Positions 37,086 to 44,559 of a DNA stretch of 64,000 nt are shown here, one piece after another. Source of the DNA: Patescibacteria group bacterium. GTDB taxonomy: Bacteria; Patescibacteriota; Patescibacteriia; Buchananbacterales; UBA6539. A program made the translations under genes and the position numbers. Positions within the stretch are counted from its first letter, which is position 1, and each line of letters begins with the position of its first letter. Below the pieces are notes generated by a model. It did no database searches, was not told where the DNA came from, and worked only from the letters and a program-made list of their open reading frames with translations. The stretch lies in NCBI GenBank assembly GCA_028688055.1, contig JAQTYZ010000001.1:242910-306909 (forward strand), written 5' to 3'.

Positions 37086-39506
37086 ATGACAGCCAAAATA
37101 AAAACAAATAAGGGAAAAAAGCAAACCACTAGAACTAATTCTTCCACGACAAAACCGACCCAAATCAAGATAAGAGATCAGGCGGTTAAATCACCTCATC
37201 TGATTAACCTGAAGAATCCTTTTAGCGGCTCATTTGAACAACCCAAAAATTTATCAACCAAATTTGGGTCTCAGCAGCCAAAGTTTTTTGGTTCAGCAAA
37301 TCAATCTGTCCCCAGACCGCCCCGGCCGCCAAAAAATGGTAAAAAAAGCGGTGTTGATTTTATGTCAGGTGCAAGTTTCGGTCGTAATCTTAGGCCAGTC
37401 AATTCGAGGCTCCCTAATTTTTTTAAAAAAAATCAGCCCGCAGTGGTGCAAAATTTTTCAACTGGTTTAGATTTAGATGAACATAATAATGATGAAATTG
37501 AAGATATTTTTGCCCCGGCGACAACCTATAATTTTTCAAAATTTAAAATTCAAAAAAATTGGTACCGGCAATTTTCTTTTTTTATTATTTTAGCATTGCT
37601 AGCGGTTTTGCCACTCGAGGTCTTTAGCTATTTTAATAATTTGGCTGGGACCAAAAATCAGATTATGCAAAAAACTTCAATGGCGATTGATAATCTAAAG
37701 GCTGGTGAGGACGCCATAACAAAATTTGACTTAGCTGAGGCCGGGGATAAATTTGGTTTAGCCAAAAAGGATTTTACTTCGGCCAATGATCAAATTAGTC
37801 AACTAAACCAACTAACAACTGACCTAATTAATATGGTCCCTGGTCAGAGTGGTAAATTCCAATCAGGAATAATATTACTTAATGCCGGTCAAGTTATTTC
37901 AAATTTGGGAGAAACCCTAGCTAGCGACGGTAAAAATCTTTTAGCAAGCAATAACATTAAAGAATACTATCGAGCGCTTGAAAAGTTTAATGATGACCTG
38001 AAGATTTCTATCTCCCAGTTTGAGCAGGTTCAGTTCAAGATGGAACAAATTAACTTAGCCGATTTGCCTGAGTCAAACCGATCGTCATTCGGTAATATTT
38101 TGTCGTATTTGCCAAAAATTGACAATGGTCTCAAGAGTGTTTACAAGTTTAATTCGGCCTTGCTAAAAATACTCGGCCAACAGCAGTGGCAAAGATATCT
38201 TGTTATTTTCTTAAACAACAACGAAATGCGGGCGACCGGCGGTTTTATGGGAAGTTTTGCGATTGTTGATGTTGATCGTGGCCAAATTAAAAATATTAAT
38301 ATCCCTGGCGGTGGAACTTACGACATCCAGGGGCAACTCGCGCCAAAAGTAATTTCGCCCCAACCGCTACATCTCATAAATTCGCGATGGGAATTTCAAG
38401 ATGCTAATTGGTGGCCTGACTTTCCAACCAGTGCTAAAAAAATTGAATGGTTTTATCAGAATGCCGGTGGACCAAGCGTCGATGGTGTCGTAACAATAAC
38501 CTCAACAGTTATGGAAAAATTACTCAAAATTTTTGGCCCGATTGCTATGCCTGATTATCAGCGAGTCATAACCGCTGAAAACTTTGTTACTGAAACTCAG
38601 AAAATAGTTGAGCTGGAGTATGATAAAACAATCAACAAACCAAAACAATTTTTAGCGGATCTTCAACCAAAGTTGCTTGAAAAAATATTTAATGCCGATT
38701 CGTCGCAATTAGTTGAACTCACGGAAATCCTAAAACAATCACTCAATGAAAGGCAAATACAGCTATATTTTAATGATTCCGATCTTGAGGCCCTGATTGG
38801 TGATGTCGGCTGGGCTGGGCGGCAAGCGAAAACCAAGGGTGATTTTTTATCGGTCATTAATACGAATTTAGCGGGCGGAAAGACTGACGGGATTATTGAT
38901 CAAACTATTACGCATCGAGTCAGTATCGGTTTGGATGGTAGTCTTATTGATACTGTTAAATTAACTAAGCATCACAATGGAATTAAGGGTAAAAATATTT
39001 TTACGGGCGTTCAAAATAATAGTTACATCAGATTCTATGTACCGCAGGGGAGTAATCTGATGAGCGCGACTGGTTTTGAGGCCCCGCCGGCCAAGTTGTT
39101 TGAAAAGTCGACTTTAGCTTTGGGCCCAGATTTAGATTTATTAAGTTATGAAGGTAACCATACCGTCGATACTCTAAGCGGTACGGACATCTATAATGAA
39201 AATGGCTTTACGGTTTTCGGCAATTGGCTAATGATCAAGCCGGGCGAAACAAAAACCGTTGAAATAACGTATAAATTACCCGACATCATCCAGTCTTCAG
39301 GTTTAGGCAGTTATTTTTATACCCTCTTAATTCAAAAACAGTCAGGCAGTAATAACGTTAAATTTGTCGCGCATTTGGATGCCGGGATAAATTATGATAT
39401 CTTATCAAAGTATCCGCCCCAAGCTATAACTAATACTAGTAGCCTTGATTATTCTGGTATATTGCAAACCGATTTGATCTACGGTGCAATATTAAATAAA
39501 AAATAG
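37086..39506 (+). CDS. DUF4012-domain membrane protein (cell-wall polysaccharide cluster associated), basic disordered N-terminus
   Basis: Hallmark NNNEMRATGGFMGSFA motif after a single TM; Lys/Pro-rich N-terminal tail. Confidence 0.7.
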   Translation: MTAKIKTNKGKKQTTRTNSSTTKPTQIKIRDQAVKSPHLINLKNPFSGSFEQPKNLSTKFGSQQPKFFGSANQSVPRPPRPPKNGKKSGVDFMSGASFGRNLRPVNSRLPNFFKKNQPAVVQNFSTGLDLDEHNNDEIEDIFAPATTYNFSKFKIQKNWYRQFSFFIILALLAVLPLEVFSYFNNLAGTKNQIMQKTSMAIDNLKAGEDAITKFDLAEAGDKFGLAKKDFTSANDQISQLNQLTTDLINMVPGQSGKFQSGIILLNAGQVISNLGETLASDGKNLLASNNIKEYYRALEKFNDDLKISISQFEQVQFKMEQINLADLPESNRSSFGNILSYLPKIDNGLKSVYKFNSALLKILGQQQWQRYLVIFLNNNEMRATGGFMGSFAIVDVDRGQIKNINIPGGGTYDIQGQLAPKVISPQPLHLINSRWEFQDANWWPDFPTSAKKIEWFYQNAGGPSVDGVVTITSTVMEKLLKIFGPIAMPDYQRVITAENFVTETQKIVELEYDKTINKPKQFLADLQPKLLEKIFNADSSQLVELTEILKQSLNERQIQLYFNDSDLEALIGDVGWAGRQAKTKGDFLSVINTNLAGGKTDGIIDQTITHRVSIGLDGSLIDTVKLTKHHNGIKGKNIFTGVQNNSYIRFYVPQGSNLMSATGFEAPPAKLFEKSTLALGPDLDLLSYEGNHTVDTLSGTDIYNENGFTVFGNWLMIKPGETKTVEITYKLPDIIQSSGLGSYFYTLLIQKQSGSNNVKFVAHLDAGINYDILSKYPPQAITNTSSLDYSGILQTDLIYGAILNKK

Positions 39507-39507
39507 T

Positions 39508-41418
39508 ATGAAAAAAGACCGATTTAACGAAGTAAAAAATAAAATTAACCAAAATAATCAGTCCGTCCAAAAAGGTTTACTTAAAATATATAGTAATTCC
39601 GACGGCTCCCTGCCAGATATTTCTCATTTAGAAATTAACCGCCAACCCAAATGGAAGCTCTTACTCTTCTTGTCTACCGCGTTGATTTTAATTGCTTCAG
39701 CCACGGCGTGGGCCGGGTTTATTTTTTTTAATTCTAATGGAGCTTTAGGAAATAATCATAGTGTCCGTCTCGACATCACTAGCCAGCAAAGTATCGCATC
39801 TGGTGATGAAGTTGATTATGTCATTAGTTATAAAAATATTGATAAAGTAAATTTAAATAATGTTGAAATTATTGTCCGCTATCCAGATGGCTTTACTTTT
39901 ACGTCGGCCGATCCGGCACCGAGCAATGAATTCAATACATCATGGAAAATTGGCATTTTATCGAAGGATCAAGCGGGCCGAATTGAGATTAAAGGAAAAA
40001 TTATCGGCGAAGTTGGATCAATCAAAACAATTTCCGTAACCGCTTCATTCACACCTGAGAATTTCAGCTCAACTTTCAAGGAAGACCAGTCATATAGTAG
40101 CCAAATTACTTCATCCATTTTAGCTATTAATATTGATGGTCCAACTCAGGCCTTGCCAGAGAAAAAAGTTACCTACAAAATTCAATACCAAAATAACTCT
40201 GATCAAGATTTAAATAATATAAAAATTGAGGTTGATTATCCGGCTAATTTTATCTACCAAGATTCTGTTCCTAAGCCCTATAGCCGACCCGATGATGCCA
40301 GAAATCTAAATAATCAATGGGTTATTGATTCACTCGGTAAAGGTGAACAGGGTGAAATTGACATTACTGGGGGCTATGTAGCGGACGATAATATTACCGC
40401 CGCCAATTTTACGGCGCGCATTGGCTTTTTTGATCCCAAGTCAGACCAGTTGTCCATTCAGCAGGATAAAACCGTGGTAACGCAACTAATAAGTCCTAAT
40501 TTAAGCCTTAATTTAATTGTTAATGGATCTAATACGGACCAGCCCATTAGTTTTGGTAGTACCCTTCATTATTCATTGGTCTACAAAAATATGGGCCAAA
40601 AAGATTTAAATGGAGTTTCTTTTACCGTCACGCTTGACTCAGATATTCTCGATTGGTCGTCACTGGATGATAAACACAACGGGGTTGTTAAAGGAAATCA
40701 AATCACTTGGGGTAAAGATCAAATATCTGAGTTGGACGTTGTCCGGGCACTTTCTGAGGGTACCATTGACTTTGCAATTAACGTTAAAGATCCGGACAAA
40801 ATAAACACCAATCGGGATCGACTGCAGGTCACTAGTTCAGCCCAGGCCGACATTACCAATATTGCTGATTTGCCAGATCAACCCTTGACCGTTAAAAGCC
40901 CGGAAATAAAAAATAATATTACTACCGACCTTCAGTTAAAAGTTCAAGGACGATATTTTGACGATGACAATATCGCCGTTGGTACCGGACCATTACCACC
41001 AGTAGTCGGCCAGACCACCAGTTTTAGAATATACTGGTCAGTGGCTAATAGTTTGCATGACGTGACCAATGCTAAAGTGACGGCAAACTTACCGTCAGGT
41101 GTTATGTGGAGTAATAAAAAAATGACGTCATTAGGTTCAGTTGCTTATGACGCCAGCGCGCGAACAGTGACCTGGGATATCGGAAATATTAAAGCTAATA
41201 AAAATTTTAGCGATGTCAATGCTTGGTTTGATGTTTCGGTTACTCCAACCAAAGCCCAAGTTAAAAAAATATTAATTCTAACTGATCAAACCACCCTGAC
41301 CGCAATTGATAGTTCAACTAATTCAAACGTCAGCAAGGACGGTGGATCAATCACTTCAAATCTGGAAGGGGACACGGTTGGTGGTGGCAAAGGTCTCGTT
41401 ATTGATATAACTGAATAA
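39508..41418 (+). CDS. Membrane-anchored protein with at least 3 DUF11/CARDB-like repeat domains
   Basis: N-terminal TM. Repeated blocks VDYVISYKN...NVEIIVRYPDGFTFTSADP, VTYKIQYQN...NIKIEVDYPANFIYQDS and LHYSLVYKN... Confidence 0.55.
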   Translation: MKKDRFNEVKNKINQNNQSVQKGLLKIYSNSDGSLPDISHLEINRQPKWKLLLFLSTALILIASATAWAGFIFFNSNGALGNNHSVRLDITSQQSIASGDEVDYVISYKNIDKVNLNNVEIIVRYPDGFTFTSADPAPSNEFNTSWKIGILSKDQAGRIEIKGKIIGEVGSIKTISVTASFTPENFSSTFKEDQSYSSQITSSILAINIDGPTQALPEKKVTYKIQYQNNSDQDLNNIKIEVDYPANFIYQDSVPKPYSRPDDARNLNNQWVIDSLGKGEQGEIDITGGYVADDNITAANFTARIGFFDPKSDQLSIQQDKTVVTQLISPNLSLNLIVNGSNTDQPISFGSTLHYSLVYKNMGQKDLNGVSFTVTLDSDILDWSSLDDKHNGVVKGNQITWGKDQISELDVVRALSEGTIDFAINVKDPDKINTNRDRLQVTSSAQADITNIADLPDQPLTVKSPEIKNNITTDLQLKVQGRYFDDDNIAVGTGPLPPVVGQTTSFRIYWSVANSLHDVTNAKVTANLPSGVMWSNKKMTSLGSVAYDASARTVTWDIGNIKANKNFSDVNAWFDVSVTPTKAQVKKILILTDQTTLTAIDSSTNSNVSKDGGSITSNLEGDTVGGGKGLVIDITE

Positions 41419-42503
41419 TGTTAAAAATTGTCAAAAAGTCCAAGGTATCAAACGCCAGAGTGACGGAATTAAAAACGGCCCATGGAAAAATTATGGGCCC
41501 GTTTTTTATGCCTATCGCCACCAAGGCGGCGGTAAAAAACTTATCAACCGATGAAATAAAAAAAGTTGGAGCGCAAATAATATTGTCAAATACTTATCAT
41601 TTGATGATTACCCCAACCAATAAACTAATTAAAAAAGCTGGTGGCCTTCATAAATTTATGAATTGGCCCGGGCCAATTTTGACCGATTCTGGCGGCTTTC
41701 AAGTATATTCGTTGAGTAACTTAAGAAAAATTACCGAGCTGGGTGTTATTTTTAGCGATCCAATGAGTGGTAAAAAATATTCACTAACGCCGGAATTATC
41801 AATGGATATCCAGAGTGATTTGGGGGTTGATATTGCCATGGCTTTTGATGAAGTTATTGGCTATCCCGCCAGCAAGGAACTGGTAAAACAAGCCATGGAA
41901 AGAACCACCCGCTGGGCTCAACGATGCCTTAAGCACCGAGAAAAGCAGAAGCAGAAAAATATTTTATTTGGTATTGTTCAGGGAGGGATATATCAGGATC
42001 TTCGATTAAAATCGGTCAAAGCTTTGACCGATTTGCCTTTTGATGGTTACGCCATTGGCGGAATTGCGGTTGGCGAACCAAGAAATATGATGGCTAAAAT
42101 TTTGGATTGGGTGATTCCAGAATTACCAGAGCATCAGCCGCGATATTTAATGGGTTTAGGTCGACCCGATGAGATTGTCGCCGCTGTTAGGCTTGGTATC
42201 GACATGTTTGACTGTGTTATTCCGACCCGCGAAGCGCGGCATGGACGCTTGTATCTATGGCACAGCAAAAATTTAAAATCGAAAACTTTTTACAAAACAA
42301 TAAATATTACCAATGCTAAGTACGCCAAAGATTTTTCACCAATCAACAGCACAAATCTTAAACAATATTCCAAAGCCTATTTACATCATTTATTTAACAC
42401 TAAGGAGCCACTGGGAATGCGACTAGCAACCTTAAATAATCTTGATTTTTATTTAACCTTAATGTCTGAAATTCGTCAGACAATCAGGATAGGGAAGCTA
42501 TAG
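41418..42503 (+). CDS. tgt: Queuine tRNA-ribosyltransferase (tRNA-guanine transglycosylase)
   Basis: LTDSGGFQ, GLGRPDE, zinc-site region CVIPTR...H. Confidence 0.9.
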   Translation: MLKIVKKSKVSNARVTELKTAHGKIMGPFFMPIATKAAVKNLSTDEIKKVGAQIILSNTYHLMITPTNKLIKKAGGLHKFMNWPGPILTDSGGFQVYSLSNLRKITELGVIFSDPMSGKKYSLTPELSMDIQSDLGVDIAMAFDEVIGYPASKELVKQAMERTTRWAQRCLKHREKQKQKNILFGIVQGGIYQDLRLKSVKALTDLPFDGYAIGGIAVGEPRNMMAKILDWVIPELPEHQPRYLMGLGRPDEIVAAVRLGIDMFDCVIPTREARHGRLYLWHSKNLKSKTFYKTINITNAKYAKDFSPINSTNLKQYSKAYLHHLFNTKEPLGMRLATLNNLDFYLTLMSEIRQTIRIGKL

Positions 42504-42587
42504 CTTAACATAGGGCTCAAATAGCAAAAAGTATCATAGAAATATGGTATTTTTTGTTTTATTTAAGCCAAATTTTATTGATTTTTA

Positions 42588-42616
42588 TTGACAAATTTAT
42601 AATTTTATGCTATTAT
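42588..42616 (+). promoter_or_regulatory. Consensus sigma70-type promoter driving the high-GC island 2 gene
   Basis: TTGACA - 17 nt - TATTAT, about 115 nt upstream of the ATG. Confidence 0.55.
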
Positions 42617-42733
42617 ACAAATGTTGACAATGGATTAGTCTGATGGCGAGGAAGGTTAGATCTTCCAGTCCTGGTTTGTCTAGGATCGTAAGCTGTCAGG
42701 CCCAACCGTGCCTACGGGCATCGGAGAAGAAGA

Positions 42734-43285
42734 ATGCGCAAGATCTTAGCAGCAATGGCAGTTTTGTTGAGTATGTCCCTGTACAACCAGGTCGGCACCG
42801 TCAGTGCGGCGGACGGAATGACGAACTCGGCATGGGACAAGCCTCTCACGATCAACAACACGGATGTCTACTGGGTGGAACGGGACGTGAATGACGTTGT
42901 TCATTCAACCGTCACCAACGAGCCCAGGTGGTTCTCAAAGGAGTGCGGCCTCTTGGTTATTCCAACTCGGGTCGTCGAAGACCGCGTCTACTTTGCCAAG
43001 TTTGGCAAGGAGTGGTATATCCACAGGAGTGACCTGGCCGATAACCCCAGGGCGACTGTTCAGTGGCTGGAATCCTACTCGATTGGTGGTACAGCCATTC
43101 TCGGAGTTACGTCACTGTGGGACGCGATCGAAATCGCGGCCAGCAGCAGCAGCTACCCCGAAGTGACGGCGAAGATCATGAACCAGTTGGCCGCGGAACG
43201 GTTCTATGACCCCTGCAAGTACGCTGACCTCAATCGGCGGGATATCTTCAATACCCTAAAGGAAGCCCAGCTTCCCGTTCGGTGA
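42734..43285 (+). CDS. Secreted protein of unknown function encoded in high-GC island 2
   Basis: GGAGAAGAAGAATG RBS; signal peptide MRKILAAMAVLLSMSLYNQVGTVSA-AD; GC-rich codons; overlapping frames are artefacts. Confidence 0.7.
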   Translation: MRKILAAMAVLLSMSLYNQVGTVSAADGMTNSAWDKPLTINNTDVYWVERDVNDVVHSTVTNEPRWFSKECGLLVIPTRVVEDRVYFAKFGKEWYIHRSDLADNPRATVQWLESYSIGGTAILGVTSLWDAIEIAASSSSYPEVTAKIMNQLAAERFYDPCKYADLNRRDIFNTLKEAQLPVR

Positions 43286-43304
43286 AGTCCCCGCGAAGTC
43301 TTAT

Positions 43305-43352
43305 GGCCCCAGGAGTTTTGCGAAAGCGTCTCTCTGGGGCCGCTTTCTTTTT
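43305..43352 (+). terminator. Rho-independent terminator at the end of high-GC island 2
   Basis: GGCCCCAG ... CTGGGGCC stem followed by GCTTTCTTTTT. Confidence 0.6.
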
Positions 43353-43483
43353 AGATTTACTAAGTTTGGTTTAAACTTGACATATTTATAGTTCTCCTTT
43401 ACTGTTTTTAATAAAACAATAACCATCCAGTTTGTTTTTGCCTACGATCTAATTACAAAACAATAAATATTACCAACTCTATT

Positions 43484-44011
43484 ATGATTAATTTTTCAGC
43501 CGTTGCGGTTGTAACAATTGACGGTAAGATTGCGAAAAATAAAAATCATCACACGAATTGGTCTAGCCGGGCGGACAAAATTTTTTTAAAAACTCAGATT
43601 GAAAAATCCGACGTCATTGTTGTTGGGCATAACACCTACAACGTGGCAAAAAAAAATTTACCCAACCATATTTTCTTAAAAAGAAAATATATTGTGTTAA
43701 CTTCTAGGCCTAAAAAGAATGTTTTCGGCCATAATGTTTTATGGTGTGACCCTGAAAAAGTTGACCTGCTAGCGCTAGTAAAAAAATATAATTATAAAAA
43801 AATTTGTGTTTTAGGCGGAACTAAAACATACACGACTTTGATGAAACAAAATCTAATTAATGAACTATTTTTGACCATTGAGCCAATTATTTTCGGATCA
43901 GGATTAAATCTATTTGATGGTGAAAACTTCTCAGCTAAATTTAGGCTAAGGTCAATAAAAAAACTAAATAGTTTAGGCACGATTCTTTTACATTATCTTA
44001 AGCTTAACTGA
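43484..44011 (+). CDS. Dihydrofolate-reductase-like protein (RibD C-terminal / bacterial bifunctional deaminase-reductase C-terminal domain family)
   Basis: AVAVVTIDGKIAK ... VVGHNTY ... VLGGTKTY pattern of this family. Confidence 0.6.
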   Translation: MINFSAVAVVTIDGKIAKNKNHHTNWSSRADKIFLKTQIEKSDVIVVGHNTYNVAKKNLPNHIFLKRKYIVLTSRPKKNVFGHNVLWCDPEKVDLLALVKKYNYKKICVLGGTKTYTTLMKQNLINELFLTIEPIIFGSGLNLFDGENFSAKFRLRSIKKLNSLGTILLHYLKLN

Positions 44012-44130
44012 CCAAAACCGTTAGGTACACTACGATAAACCGTGTTTTCTTAGAAAACTAAAGGAGCCACCTAATAATCATGATTACCTTAAGGTGCCCC
44101 GTTGAATGCTAACAATTATGCCAGACCGTA

Positions 44131-44158
44131 AGCCGGACACGAGTCCGGCTTTTTTTTA
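44131..44158 (+). terminator. Rho-independent terminator
   Basis: AGCCGGAC-acga-GTCCGGCT followed by TTTTTTTT. Confidence 0.7.
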
Positions 44159-44190
44159 TTAACAATTTAATGTTATAATATAATCAAATA

Positions 44191-44559
44191 ATGAAGAAAG
44201 GATTGATTTACACTCCAGTAAAATATATTGCCATCGGTTTAGTTGGTGATGTTTTATATTGGCCAATTTGGTGGTATACCGTCGGGTTAGTTAAAACGCT
44301 AAAAATGTGTTTTCGTGAGATCGCGGCGCAGGAGTCGAGACTGGGTCTTTCAATTTGGGCCAAGAATATATTTACCCCGATGTTTGGACAGTATGACGTC
44401 GAGGGACGAATTATTAGTTTTTTTGCCAGACTAATCCAAATTATTTATCGCTCAGTTTTATTGCTGGTTTGGTCAATTTTTGTAATGATCATACTTATTG
44501 TTTGGATTTTTACGCCCTTTTTTGTTGTCTATCAAATATATTATCTATTTTTAAATTAA
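44191..44559 (+). CDS. Hypothetical membrane protein, translationally coupled to the downstream Clp-like ATPase gene
   Basis: TM helices at both ends; its stop TAA is directly abutted by the ATG of the next gene (TAAATG). Confidence 0.5.
   Translation: MKKGLIYTPVKYIAIGLVGDVLYWPIWWYTVGLVKTLKMCFREIAAQESRLGLSIWAKNIFTPMFGQYDVEGRIISFFARLIQIIYRSVLLLVWSIFVMIILIVWIFTPFFVVYQIYYLFLN

Noticed and set aside
42643-43166. ORFs 42643-42894 and 42891-43166 (+) overlapping the island 2 gene
   Set aside because: Same high-GC artefact; Arg/Gly/Pro-rich, no signal or RBS; the 183-aa frame is the credible one.
44060-44110. 9-codon micro-ORF (MITLRCPVEC) with a good RBS upstream of the terminator at 44131
   Set aside because: Too short to evaluate; possibly a leader peptide, but no attenuator structure recognised.
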